From Eledone cirrhosa (Eukaryota), in the NCBI GenBank assembly GCA_964016885.1, contig OZ024740.1:293198001-293262000 (forward strand): a stretch of DNA of 64,000 nucleotides. Direction: 5' to 3'. The translations under genes and the position numbers were made by a program. The notes under the pieces were generated by a model. The model did no database searches and was not told where the DNA came from. It saw nothing but the letters and a program-made list of their open reading frames with translations. Positions 13,036-27,409 of this stretch are shown here, one piece after another (the stretch's first letter is position 1; every line of letters starts with the position of its first letter).

Positions 13036-13269
13036 CAAAAAAATATTTTTTTTAATATAAAGAAATTGTTATTAAGGCACATTACTTTGGAAGGAGGGAG
13101 AAAGAGAGAGAAAAAAACAATGAGGGAGAGAAGTAAAAAGCTATCACATTACTGAAATTAATAGTGCTGCTTATACTTTAATAATCGATATATTTGTGAA
13201 TGTTAATCCAAAATAACTGGAATACAGAAAATAGAACGTAAAAAGACACACTACTAAAGTACATACAAT

Positions 13270-13550
13270 TAGAAATGTATGGCGTTTCTTGGGGCATTTT
13301 AAAACCTAGTAGATCCCATCTCCTCTCCAGGTTTGATTACAGCAGATTTCTTCCAGAGAATGATTGACAGTGAGAGAATGGAAATGAGAAAGAGATATAG
13401 AGGAAGAATCGATCCCCAGTACTAGACTGGTACTTTTTTAATCGACCTTGAATAGATGAAAGGCAAAGTTGACCTCGGTGAGAAGAGAGCCGAAACGAAT
13501 GCCGCAAAGCATTCTATCCAACGTTCTAACGACATTGTCTATTCTCCGCT
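13270..13550 (-). mobile_element. Meta-core SINE, long form
   Basis: Reverse-complement match to 12576-12860. Confidence 0.75.
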
Positions 13551-13839
13551 CTAGAAATATATTTATCTACTCTTAAATAAACCTGTTATGAACTTCAAAA
13601 CTAACTTATATTATAGAGCGATGAAATTAATTATTTTCTATCATGTATGCATATATTTAAATAAGTATGAATATAAAATGTCGATTGTAGCCACAGAAAA
13701 AGACTGGCATAAGATTATTTACTTTAATTTTGTTAAATACTTAAATGAAATCAAATGGAGTTAAAAATAAATCTCATCCAAAACTAATTTTTAAAAAATG
13801 TGAGGTTGGGGGTTATGGTTATGTATAGTTATGTATAGT

Positions 13840-14346
13840 TTGCAAAACGTTTTCTGAAATTTTTGCCAAAAATTTGTTTCGAACATTTTCACAAAATATT
13901 TTGCTTAAATTTTCAAAAATTGATATTTACTAAAATCTTTTTCGAAAAGTAAAAAAAGGGGTTCTTTTTTAAATTTTAAATTATGACAAATTTTTTTTTT
14001 TATTTTGTTAATTTCTGAAAAAAATTTTCAAAAATTTCCTTTTTTTCAAAAATGTTTCAATTTATTTTTTTTTTTTTTATTATTTTTTTACGAAAATATA
14101 GCTAAAGATTATTTTCAAAAATGTGAAAAATATTTTCTCCAAAAATTTTACCATAAATCTTTTTCAAAATTTGAAAAAAATCAGTTTTTCCGAAAAGTTA
14201 TAAATATTTTTTCCAGAAATAGAAAAATATTCTTTCCAAAAATTTGAAAGAAATCGAAATTTTAAAAGTTTCAAATATTTAAGAAAACATTTTTTCGAAA
14301 GTTTGAAAATAATATTTTCAAAAAAATTTAGGGAAACGTTTTGCAA
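13840..14346. mobile_element. A/T-tract-rich element bounded by ~25-bp inverted repeats
   Basis: ttgcaaaacgttttctgaaattttt at 13840 and aaaaaatttagggaaacgttttgcaa ending at 14346. Confidence 0.5.
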
Positions 14347-14559
14347 GTGACTGATAGTCACGAGATATGTCGTCTTCTCTTTTAATTTAGTCGCCGTGAT
14401 ACAGAGTCGTGTGTTCATCTCTCTCAATTGTCACCTACGTTTCTCTGCATCCCTAATCTCATCTATCTGTCTACATAGTTTTCTTATTCTTCCTATTTCT
14501 CTCTCTTGTTCTATCTCTCTCTTCTCCGTAACAATTTATTAAACTACCTTTCTCACGTC

Positions 14560-15410
14560 CTTGTTTTCCCTGTGTTAAAGAGGCCGTATCTGATGGAGCC
14601 ACTCGAACAGTAGTGGCTGCAAGACGGTTCCCTGAGGCATGCCACTTGTTATTCACGTTTCCTTTGAGAGGGCCCCGTTAGCTGCAACAGTCTGATTTCT
14701 GTCTTTTAAGAAATCATGAGAGCCATTCACATAATGTTCCAGCTATGCCAAAGTTACGTAGTTTATGACACATTATTCCATGATCAACCTTGTCAAAGTC
14801 CTTCGCAAATTCGAGCGGTCTAGCAGTTGCTTGCGTATTCAGTCATAATGCTGTAAGAGCTGAGTAAGACAACTTCTACCCTGGCGAAAGCCATACTGTG
14901 TGTCAGTTAGAAGACTATTTCCCTCTAGAAAAGTGATCAGTTTCCTTCTGATGATTGTCACATTGCCGATATGTGAGGTCAGGGAGACAAGTATGTAGTT
15001 TTCAGCATCTGCTCTGCTTCCTCCTTTATGGATAGGACATATGCTTTCTTTTGGTTTTCCGGGTTGTTTACCACTTGCAAAGGATTTTTGGAAGAAGATC
15101 TGTAGAGGTTTTGTTAATGTTCGCTTGCATGTTTTCGGAGGATTGCTGAGTAACCATTTGGACCAGCTGCTGAATTTGGTCTCATTCCGTCTATGGCTCA
15201 TATTACATCTTTCAACTTTATATCTATGTGATTGATGGTATGTATATTTCCGCATCTGCTATGCTAGCTGTCAGGTGAGTTTCAGTTAGTGCCATGCATA
15301 TTGCGTGGTTGCTTGTGGCTAGGTTTCTTAGGTAGGAGATCTTAAACATGTTGGTCAGTTTTAACAAGCTTTGGGGTGTCAGTGGTGGCTGCTGCTTATA
15401 TGGCATTTGT
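14560..15410 (-). pseudogene. CR1-type LINE ORF2 fragments (APE + RT), internally deleted
   Basis: ALTETHL, PIHKGGSRADAENY..SLTSH, QYGFRQGRSCLTQLLQHYD and SGMPQGTVLQPLLF. Confidence 0.85.
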
Positions 15411-15874
15411 GTGGGTATCGGTGGTGGCCACCCTGGGTCCTTTATTTGTGGTTGTCGCGAGTGTTGATATGACTGACTTTGGCTTTGTATTTGATGAAGT
15501 CAAATAGAAACAACAAAGCAAACAACACAGAACAATAAATACATATATTCATTTAACTTTTGAAATTACAGGAAAAGTCTTGACGTTTCAGCCACTAGTC
15601 CTTTATCACAGATAAACTAGAGAAACGAAGAGTGAGAAGGGGATGGAACGAGTAAACAATGAGAATAAAATACAGATAAATTGAACCCTCTTTATACCAA
15701 GCACTTCCAGTTTAGACGATAGTCCCAGTTGACCAATGGTTGAGATTAATATTGGATACAGGTACGCTCTTGGATCAAAATAAAATTGCAGACATAACTG
15801 TATACATCATTGAAGTATAAATAACAAATATAAAAATATTAATATATTAAAATATTATAGTAAATTGTCATAAA

Positions 15875-15995
15875 TGGTAGGGTATCGGATAAAATACCTC
15901 TGTGGCAGTAATTTGCTTCTTTTTATTTTGAGTTCAACTACTACCAATGTTTACTTTGCCTTCCATCCTTCCGGGGTCGATAAAATAATGTACCG
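15875..15995 (+). mobile_element. Meta-core SINE fragment
   Basis: tttgccttccatccttccggggtcgataaaataatgtacc. Confidence 0.7.
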
Positions 15996-16417
15996 GTTAC
16001 ATCAGAGGTTCTCACACCTTTTGGGCCACAACCCCACTCACGGCCAGGTAATGCCCTCGGCGACCACCAACCCATTTCCAGAGAGACCTGCCTATATACA
16101 AATTATAAATAGTATATAATAAATAAAATCGTAATTTATATATAATGAATAATATAATATATAGTATGTGTAAATAAATATTATATATATTTTTTATTTT
16201 ACTGTATTTATTTATAATATGTATCATTTGATATTTAATAAACTATTATATCATCTCTACCACCGCCCAACCACCACCACCACCACCACCAACAACAACA
16301 AAACCCTTAGGCGCCACCGACCCCTGGACCTAATCAACTTTAAGAACCTCTGAGTTACATACTACGGTTGATTTAAACATATTTGCTGAATTATCACACA
16401 ATATTAGTTTGTACTAA

Positions 16418-16698
16418 TCTATCTAAGGCGGGTAAAATTCCCGAGATCCATGGACAAGTTCTCTCCAGCGGTCTCTGTCCCTCATTATCGCTGCCATGTC
16501 CTGCGTCTCCAACAGACCAGTGTCTGACCTTAGGGCATCAACATACGTCAACCTTGGTCTTCCTCTTCCAGTGTGTCCATGTAGGGGCTCCCAAAGGATG
16601 AAAAACTCAGAGCTGTATGGGAGCATCCCAAAAGTCAGCTCAAAAGTGACACAGAGGAGACTGAGGTTAGCTGGACATGCTCACCGACATCCAGAGTT
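16418..16698 (-). mobile_element. RTE-type LINE 3' fragment with 5' inversion
   Basis: WEPLHGHTGRGRPRLTYVD..DRDRWR on -, upstream RRLRLAGHAHRH inverted on +. (TAGA)n tail; TSD agtttgtactaa at 16406-16417 and 16695-16706. Confidence 0.88.
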
Positions 16699-16707
16699 TG
16701 TACTAAG

Positions 16708-16926
16708 AAAACGATCGACTTTCGTCAAATCGGACCGACGAAACAGTGTTTCCGTTGGTCTTTCCAATTGCTAATACTATCTATCGGTCGCAACTCCAGG
16801 TAGAAGGAGCAACGTGAAATAAAGTGTCTTGCTCAAGGACATAACGCATCGCCCTGTCCAGGAATCGAACTCACAACCTTACGATTCTGAATCCAATTCT
16901 CTAACCACTCAGCCACACGCCTTCAC
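16708..16926 (-). mobile_element. tRNA-derived SINE, second family (CORE-like tgtccttgagcaagacactt)
   Basis: A box tggctgagtgg, B box gttcgattcc; other copies at 43158 and 52205. Confidence 0.85.
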
Positions 16927-17600
16927 TAAATATGAATTTAATACCATTAATTATCGATTAAAATTACAATTAGAGTAGGGTTGAACTTTGCTTTGTTTGG
17001 CTGAGGTGATAACATGTCATTCTGAGTTAGTTGAGCTATAACATTCTGAATGTGCTTGCCTCCCACTTGTATAGGTATGGGGTAACTTGTAGAGGTCTGG
17101 ACCAACATTAGGTAGATCATCAATATCTCATGCAGTAAGATTAGATGATTTGATATGAGAAATGTGTTGTGTTTAGTTGTTTGCTTTGCTGGAACTGTTA
17201 AAGAATGAAAATGCTGCTAATATTATTGAAAATAAGCTTTTGTGGACATTTTAATTATACGAAATCACGTTATCAAGAAATTCTTACTTAACAGTTTGTT
17301 TTGCTTTTGGAGGCTATGATTCAATGTCTTCCTCGCTCCTCCTATCACTACTGTTACCAACGAAAGTCCATTCGGTATTCCTTTGTTTCTTCATACAGTT
17401 ATTTTGTCTTATAAATTATTTCAGTTGAATATGCTTTCAGTGAGTGATTGGTTTTCAGCCATTTCATGACTCATAGCATGGCATGTGATTTGTTTTGTGA
17501 AACTGTTGCTAACCTGACTGTTATTCTTCTTAAAAAGCTTCAGGCTTTTGTAGCCGACCTATAATATTTCAAGTTCAACGCTTGAAGCACACACACACAC

Positions 17601-17657
<57 letters not shown>

Positions 17658-17671
17658 TGTGTGTGTATGTG

Positions 17672-18622
<951 letters not shown>

Positions 18623-18639
18623 TTTATTTTCAATGGCTG

Positions 18640-18835
18640 ACAATACCTTACCGGCGCCACTCGAATAAGGTAGTTATTTAACACATAAATAGGGCCCTAA
18701 CAGGTACTACTACTCCGGGCCAGAGCAGACCTGGAAGTTATGACAACTAAGGGGTAACTCCACATTCCCCACAGCTCCTGAACTCCCGAACTGGAGCCTT
18801 GACACTGAATGTAATTCAATGTCATACCCAGGACA
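18640..18835 (-). mobile_element. Ceph-SINE / RTE 5'UTR-like fragment
   Basis: Minus strand tgtcctgggtatgac..ggctccag..tggggaatgtggagttacccc..acctgttagggccc; family recognised from memory only. Confidence 0.5.
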
Positions 18836-19114
18836 TCTGTATGGGAGCCTCCCAAAAGTCAGCTCAAAAGTGACACAGAGGAGACTGAGGTTAGCTGGAC
18901 ATGCTCACCGACATCCAGAGTTGACCTTGCACTCAGTGCTCCTGTGGGAGCCCCTACAGGGACACACTGGAAGAGGAAGACCAAGGTTAACATATGTTGA
19001 TGCCCTAAGGACAGACACTGGTCTGTTGGAGACGCAGGACATGGCAGCGATAATGAGGGACAGAGACCGCTGGAGAGGACTCGTCCATGGATCTCGGGAA
19101 TTTTACCCGCCCTA

Positions 19115-19115
<1 letters not shown>
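18836..19115 (+). mobile_element. RTE-type LINE 3' fragment
   Basis: LYGSLPKVSSKVTQRRLRLAGHAHRH..GRGRPRLTYVD..DRDRWR. Confidence 0.88.
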
Positions 19116-19165
<50 letters not shown>

Positions 19166-19569
19166 TGCACGTGTGTGTATACATGCACATATGCACAGAA
19201 AGTACACGTGCACATACATACACACGGACTCTCTCACACACACATATATATATATATATACACACACATATATATATATATACATACATATATATGTGTG
19301 TGAGAGAGTCCGTGTGTATGTATGTGCGCGTGTACTTTCTGTGCATATGTGCATGTATACACGCACGTGCATGAATACGCATATATGTACTTTTATATAC
19401 ATAAATACATGAAGTATGTGTGAATAAAAAGAGACGCAAAGATCAGAGTCAGTGACAAAAAGACGTAGACTATAATTGTGTTAATCAACTGTAAACAAGA
19501 AAAAAATCTACAGTAGAGACGTTGAAGTGAGTTAGTAAAGATTTGTTTCTTATCTTGTTTGCTTTTCCC

Positions 19570-19611
<42 letters not shown>

Positions 19612-21049
19612 ATGTATATATATATATGTGTGTATATACACGTAACTACATACATACCTCTGTATAAATATATGTGCCATACATATTTATGTGTGAATAC
19701 AATACGTATATGTAGTTGCATGTGTGCGTGTATATTACACATGCACAAGTGCACTGCTTGCTGTTGCACACGATCATTTGATAATACTTGTGAAATCTAT
19801 TTATTTGATTTTATCGCTGACTGAACGGAAATGCACAACTAAATTACAATTACAATTGTATTAAACAAGTAAATGAAAATATTGATAGCTTTGCTTGTTG
19901 TTTTTGTAGTTGCTATTGGTGTTTTTGTTGTTGTTGTTTTGCCCTTGCCATTTTGAGCAAACGTATGTTCACAGCTGTTGCAGTCGTAATCATCTTTCTG
20001 TATTTAGACAAAATTATATGGTACTACATTATGCAATGTCTCCTTTTTTAAAGAAAATAACATGTAACTAAGGAACATTTGGCTGCTATTTCTAGAAGAA
20101 TGTTTGCCTATATAGAGACTTTTTCGTTGGCTTGGAGAAATAACTAATGCTGGTTCTAGTGTTTGCAATAGAAAGAAAAGGAAAAGTGGCTAACTATTAA
20201 AAAAGAAACTTTTTCTAACCAGGCTCTGTTTAGCTCCGTGATTTACTTGACCAAGGACTTCTATTGGAACAAGGGACTTCTATTTTGCTCGAAGTATTAT
20301 ATTAGATATAATACACAATTGTTTCTTAAATTACACCCTATCGTCAATAAAGTGGGAATATGGGAAATGGGAAATAACCGAGATTCAAATGATCGAGATT
20401 ATCCTCGCAATTTTAAGACCGAAACTCTCTTTAAACAGTATTCAAAGTTCGTGAGAAGCTCGCAAAAGAAGCTGACTTGTATAACTCGAACTGATGTAAG
20501 TTTGTTTTGAATATATATTGACAATGCAGTTGGCAATGTCTTGAAATGTTCCCCTTAAAATTACGTCTACTATCCCACATTGAACGATCTATTATTATAT
20601 GCATAGAAAGCTGGCACATAAACTACTATCATTTCCTTACACATTCTTGCTCTTGCTCTATGAGACTTGGGCCATCCTTGATCAGTGATACCAAAGGCAT
20701 TGCTGCTACATAATCCCAATTTTTGACATGGAAAGAATGAAGTGTAAAAACCAGCATTTGACATGTTGAATATAGATACATATAAAACAAAGCTATTTAT
20801 TCAGTCATTCTTACACTTCAGCTACATGAGCATGCTCTTAATTGATATATATATTCTCTTTGTGTTTCAAGGGAATTTATGTGTGTGTGTTTTGTGTGCA
20901 TATATGTGTGTGTGACGTTCTAAAAAGGATATATATTTGGCAGCAACGGCAGGAGATTTGGAGTATTCTTGAATCATAAATTCTCGTTTTTAGCTTGATC
21001 TCCCCTGTCGTTGCCCCCCTTTGTCAGTTTCCTATTTTTGACTACTTTT

Positions 21050-21480
21050 TGAAGACATCGCGCCCTCCATGATATTCCCTCTGCCACGTGGAATCATTAA
21101 AATTTGTTTATAAATATTCACTTTAGTTGATTATTTTATCAACACCTCTGATCTGTAACTGCATATGTTGCTTCTTGTAATTCCTCGTACAGAAGTTTTT
21201 CAGCCGTGGCTGATCCAACATCCATTTAACCTGACCAACCCATCGTGGTTTGTGATATAAAACTTCAGTCTTACTACTGCTGAGTCAGATCAAATCAGTA
21301 ATTTCGTTATTTGTAAAATGGTCTTGCTAACAATAGTACGAATAGAAGCGTTATTACCAGCCTTGTTATGGATACTTCGCAGATAATAGAGGTGATTATC
21401 TTGTTTAACAAGGTAATGATAAATTTAAATTTGGAAAGAGGGTTCTTCTATGCGATATAGAAATTACACCAGGACATTTG
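21050..21480 (-). pseudogene. Old RTE/BovB-like RT C-terminal remnant
   Basis: Degenerate RWVGQVKWMLD..LYEEL resembles the RWAGHV.RM..LYGEL motif. Confidence 0.4.
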
Positions 21481-21635
21481 TTGTATAGCTTACGATAGAT
21501 GCAAGGTGTTGATCAAACAAGAGAGAAACAAGAGAAAAGTCATTTGAGGGACGACAAGATCTTGTTGCGAAATAGATAGCTGTACCTTCCATCTTTACCA
21601 AATAGGAGACAGTATATATCTACACACGCGCGCGT

Positions 21636-21731
<96 letters not shown>

Positions 21732-21733
<2 letters not shown>

Positions 21734-21919
21734 CAGGATTAAACCAGTATTAAACTAGTTAGACCATTATTCAACAGAGTACTTCACACTTGGGATAGTA
21801 GAGTGTAACTATATTAGAAAGAATCGGGACTCGTCGGCTGGGCTCTTGCCATTTCGACAGCTAGTTCCAGACCTTGGAACTAACGGTCGAAACGACAAGA
21901 GCTAAGTTGTTGGACCCTT

Positions 21920-21920
<1 letters not shown>
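21732..21920. repeat. Diverged relative of family G; foldback centred at about 21870
   Basis: gccatttcgacagctagttcca-gacct-tggaactaacggtcgaaacgac; upstream agagtact..gtagagtg resembles family G. Confidence 0.6.
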
Positions 21921-21957
<37 letters not shown>

Positions 21958-22859
21958 GTGTGTGTGCGTGTGTGTGTGTTTGAGTGTGTGTGTGTGTGTG
22001 TGTAGTATATTTGCGTGTGTGATGCGAATGAGCCACACTTAATCGACAGTTTTGTTTATCAGCTGCTGAACATTACAAAAATATAATCTAGGAAATAAAT
22101 TATGCGAAACTTTGATTATTATTGATTTTTCTGCCACAAATGTGGTTGAGAGTTCCGAGAAAGGTAAGAAGTGCTGACAGTTAATTGACTTAAATTACTA
22201 TAAAGTGTCATTTGAGATACTGACAATTTGATCAAATGGAAATGTTCGCAAACTAATTAGTTTTAGAAGCTATGTAGATAATAGGAAAGTTTTAAACTTC
22301 TAAGCAGACATTAGCATGTAGCATAAAGTTTAAGCAGCCACTTAAATAAAGTTAATTGTATAATTCAAATATATCCAAGAAAGTAAATTTGTTAATTATC
22401 TATTCAAAGGCCAATTTCATTATTCTTTAATAAAATCTACTTTGAAAATGGTAAGTTTCATTTACAGACATATTTCAGGTTCATTACGTTTTCATTGCTT
22501 GTCAGAATTATACAAGTCTTTGTTGCCGGATTGTATTGAGACTTCTGGGAGGTAAATGGTATTGAGATTTGTGGGAGGTAATTGGCAACATATTTTCTTA
22601 CAATAATTAGTTTAATCAGGTAAAAAGAAAAAAAAAACACTGAAAACCATGGCTGTTTGCCGTGTCAGGCTTAAATTAATCTCTTATTAGAAGCCAAAAT
22701 TTAATAATTAAGCTAAAACTTCATTTATATACGCTTCTGTAATATAAAATACATGTATGTATTATCTTCCTTTGTTAAATTATTTCAAATGTACCTGTTT
22801 CCTAACAAGAAATCGAAGTCCCAATCACTAGACCATAGTTAGTGTTTTATGGTCTCTCG

Positions 22860-23532
22860 TAGCTGTGCCGTATTAACATTCGACGTTTTGGGGGTATTTT
22901 AAACCTGGTAGAGCACATCTCTCTCCTGGCCTGAATGCAGCCGATTCCTGCCATAAAGTGAATGAGAGAAGGTAAGGAAGAGATATAGAGGAAGAATCGA
23001 CCCCAGTACTAGACTAGTATTTGTTTTATCGACCTCGAATGGATGAAAGGCAAAGTTGACCTCGGCGAGATTTGAACTCAGAGAGCAGAGAACCGAAACG
23101 AATACCATAAAGCGAACATAGATAACGATTTCTAATTTAGGGACAACGCCAGCAATTTGTGATAAGGGTAACATTTGTTATACCGATGTCATTACATGAT
23201 TAGCATTTTATTTTATTCATGTCGAAAGAAAGGCAAAGTTCATCGCAGTGGGATTCGAACTCAGAACATAAAGAACCGATATAAATACCTCAAATCATTC
23301 TATCTGCGGATCTAAGAATTCTACCAATCTACCAGCCTTTATAGAACTTAGATAATGGTTTCTGATCTAGGCACAAGGCCAACAATATTTGTTAGGGGGT
23401 TCATTAGATCGACCCGAGTGCATTACTGGTGCTTTATTTTATCGACCTCTTAAGGATGAAAGGCAAAGCTAACCTCGGCGGGATTTGAAGCAGAGTGTCC
23501 GACGCTCTATATATACTGCCAATCTACCGCCC
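22860..23532 (-). mobile_element. Three consecutive Meta-core SINEs
   Basis: gatgaaaggcaaag..ctcggcg..tttgaac recurs near 23045, 23230 and 23460. Confidence 0.8.
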
Positions 23533-23544
23533 TATAGAACTGAG

Positions 23545-23870
23545 CTAATAACCAAGGTAAACAGTTACTTGTTAAAATTTAGAAACTTTGCATATTGTTT
23601 ACAGTTCCATTGCAAAATAATTTTCAGTGGGCGTGTTAGGTAGCCATTTTAATTGCTTGAAAATCCAAGTTCTTTTTGTATTATTACGTAGATATTTAGT
23701 CACATAGCCAAGTGCACCAGTGATTATGGGAACAAATAAATATTCATGATAGGTTTCGAAGGAGTTGTCTGTATATGTGCCCTTTCTCACTGATTTTGAA
23801 AGAAATCTTTTTTATCTGCATGACAGATGACTTCGATAAATGGAAATTATTTTTCTCTTCTATCCAAAAC
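23545..23870 (-). pseudogene. RLE-type (R2/R4/NeSL-like) LINE C-terminal remnant
   Basis: YLFVPIITGALGYVTKYL matches the PIIVGALG motif that follows the restriction-like endonuclease. Confidence 0.6.
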
Positions 23871-26099
23871 AACTATATATGTTGTGTGTGTGAGAGAGTG
23901 TGTGCGTGTGTGTGTTTGTCTGTCTGTGTGTGTGCGTGTGTGTTTTTGTTCTTATTTAACCCTAAGTAGGTCATGATTGAGCAGACCATTGAATAGCTGT
24001 CTCACAATTTTTCAGATAAAGTGTATGTATGATTACGCTATACAATGCATTCTACCATTTTTATAAAGGTAGATGTAATTGACAAATTTAGCTGTTATTT
24101 TTAGCAAGTATTACATAGTCACATATCCACATATTTAGTACATTCTCTCCTTTTTTATAAAGGAGGTAGGTCTGATTGGCAGATTTAGCTGTTATTTTCA
24201 GCAGGTAGTGTGAACAAGTACAGGCTCCATCCTCAAACTATTATGTTTGCATTTGGTGAACATTTTGATGCAAATGTTTAAGTTGAAGCGTATCTATTAT
24301 TCAACATTAGAAATATTTTTTATATTCCTCCCAGGGCATTAATTTCCATAGATGGTACGGTATATTATCTTAGCAATAACCTAGTACCGCATTGGAAGGT
24401 AGTATTTTAATATTTGTTTTGTTTTTTACAGTTGCTGATCCCAAATATGATATCTTCTTCAGAAATGTAACATATCAGAAAAAAGTTATTTTATTAAATA
24501 AACAAAATTCTGGGTTGTTTTCGAAATTATTAAAAGAAATATACCTAGTAAGTGTTTTTCAATAAAAACACGGTAACGAAAGAGTTAACAATAGTTTGCT
24601 TCAACACGATAATCTATATATAAATTTGAGTGACTGCCGTTCATCACAAAATGTGTGTGCTTGTGTGAATGTATGTGTGTATGTGGTGTGTGTGTGAATG
24701 TATGTGTATTTGTGTGAATGTATGTCTGTGAGTGTGTAATTTTGTAACTATGTCTGTGTTTGCGCGTTTTTATATTGATCGTTATCAGGTATTTTGTTTT
24801 AAATTTTTTATTAAATTTAATAAGATACTCAACGAATTATGTAATCTTACATCCAGTGCAGATTGTCTCTAGTCTTAAGCTTTGGTATATATTAATGCAC
24901 ACTTCTGTATGTATGAATATATTTCATTCACTTTCTTATAATGATTAAGACTCGATTTTATTCTCTTAATTTAATTTTTTTAAATTCTTTAATTCTTTTT
25001 TTTTCTTAATGTCAAATGACACCCTCTAAAGCTAATTTTTAAATGTAGATTAATAACCATTTAGTAAAATGTATCCTACGCAAGATGATGTTTAAATATT
25101 CATATTTCTTTAGACTAAATAATTAATCCCACACTAGCAATTAATAAAAAAAATGACGTTTTTCAATCCTAAAAACTTTTTATACATAATTCCGTTAATT
25201 TAATTTAAACCTTATCAATTAAAACTACCTGTTTATTTACATAAAATCAACATCCCTAGTAACTTATATTATGAACAACCACCTATTTTTATTTATTTAT
25301 AAATCAACATCCCTCGTAACTCATATTATAAACAAACTATCCTCTTAATAAAAAATACATATGCTATTATTAAAATATATATAGATATTTATATATTATT
25401 ATAATAAGATAAATAATTCTCCATATAAATATAGATAAATGGCTTAATATATTTCCCCTAAATTAACGTTTAAGTGGTCTTCCTTTTCCTTCTTCTTACC
25501 TTCCTTCTTCTTTAACAATTTTTGTTTGATAATTTATATAGCTTCGTTAAATTAACAATATTCTGAAAACATTCTCAATGTTGAAAATTTTTGAATCCAC
25601 AAATTATTCTAATCTCACAACTTAAAATTTCAACATCCTTCGTAACTAATATTTGTTATATAAAAAATCTTTAACAGATATTTATATACATATAGCCTAT
25701 TCTAATGTCATAAGATAAAAATACTTACAACCAGAAGTCTTCATATAATTTATATACAATATTATAACTCATAATATAGGTAACAAATTTCCCCCAAAAT
25801 TAACGTTATTCCTCTCTCTTTCTCTTCCTTCCTTATCATAATTATTTAAATTTTCCATAGCGTCTAAAATAACGTCTTTTCAGCCCTTTAATATAAACAT
25901 CATTTGCATACTCATATAATAATTTTAAATATCTGACTTTTCTTCTCTCTTCCCTTCACTTTCCAGGGATAACATATTTACATGTGCGTGTATTTGTATA
26001 CCTATGGTGGGTGTTTTCACGTATGCTTGTGTATGTACGTATTTGGATGCGTGTATGTATTTATTTAATTTCAATTACCTCTGTATTTTATTTACTTTA

Positions 26100-26499
26100 T
26101 TCTTAACTCTGAAGCGGAGAATCATTCGGTTTCCTAGTTAGAATTTTAGTCTACGACTTCTTTTATACCATAAACGTGGTTCTGTCTTTGCGTGTAATTG
26201 TTTTTCACCGCTCCAAATAATGACGTATTATATTCGTTTTTTCCCGTTCTTTGCCATGGAACGCGTCCACGAACCTAAGTGTCGTCTTCCTGTCTTACTC
26301 CGGTTGCAACGTTTTTTGAAATATTCACTTCTGCGTTCACAGATTGACTTTGTTAGTTTCAGAAGATCCCGTTAAGGGTGAAAGTAGCGATTCTTATCTT
26401 AAACTTTAATCTGCTATTTTAATAAATATTTGCTCTACGGTTCTTATCTTTATCCTTATCGAGCCCTCTTTGGATTTTAGTCTTCAAATTTATTATTAT

Positions 26500-26502
<3 letters not shown>
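26100..26502 (+). repeat. Family H pLTR-like sequence with a hammerhead-like motif at 26355-26405
   Basis: agttt-CAGAAGA-tccc-gttaa-gggt-GAAA..TT-aaact; shared with 35091-35263. Confidence 0.6.
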
Positions 26503-26552
<50 letters not shown>

Positions 26553-26656
26553 AGTGCATGTATATGCGTGCATGTACATGTGTATATATAGATTCTATAT
26601 ATATGTATACATAACATGTTTTCGACTTGTACAAAAGTCCTTAGAGATCTAATTGA

Positions 26657-26712
<56 letters not shown>

Positions 26713-26715
<3 letters not shown>

Positions 26716-27383
26716 TAAAAATTACCGAGAATCGAATTTCAGCCCATGAAATAACGAGAAAACACTTTCGAGTTGTAAGGCAAGCGCTCTATAATTCAAA
26801 TGAATTAGAGCTTACAACTTACTTTAAAGGCCAAACACACTGTGATGGTGGTTAAACTAATCATCCACACAGCGAAGATTCGATCCCCTATTTCGGGTCA
26901 AACAGATACACAGATATAAATGTTTGATACTCATCCGGACCCCTGGAATGATGGTAAAGTCCAGTGTTGGGGTGTCTGCGGCTCCATAAGTCATTTACTG
27001 TTCACTTACATAAAGGATGTTAAGTTTCTCGTATCCTGACTGAACTAGGAGTACGCGTTGTCAACGGAATTCAGTTCGAAAGTCCACATAGATGTGTCTG
27101 TAACTGACCCCACGTGCGGTTCAACAAGGGAGGCAACACCTAAAGTAGGTGATTGAATTCATCTGTGTATAATATTGCGAAAAAGCAAAATATCACAAAT
27201 CTAATGAAGCTCTCGACAGAGTGGTTAAATATAACAAAGCTATTCGGTAGTCAATAGAGTAGACCAAAACCAGTCAATAAAATTAACTGGCCAATAGCTA
27301 GACTCTGAAGATTAATACAAGTAAAAATTAGCGAGAATCGAATTTCAGCCCATGAAATAACGAGAAAACACTTTCGAGTTGTG
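26713..27383. mobile_element. Family I: 606-bp non-coding unit plus ~65-bp terminal direct repeat, next to (TA)n
   Basis: aagtaaaaatta.cgagaatcgaatttcagcccatg.. occurs at 26713 and 27319; diverged relatives at 46325-46540 and 56018-56360. Confidence 0.7.
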
Positions 27384-27409
27384 AATCGAGTTGTGAATAT
27401 ATATTTTGA

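Noticed and set aside
15575-15615. GTGATAA..GAAA-cgtc on the minus strand, HHR-like
   Set aside because: The core is non-compensatory and the stems are weak; at best an old remnant.
24290-24590. piggyBac-like end (ttaactctttcgttacc on -)
   Set aside because: The second terminus was not found.
26885-26945. CGGATGA..GAAA on the minus strand as a hammerhead in family I
   Set aside because: Stem III and the cleavage site do not pair, and the 56.2-kb copy lacks the core.
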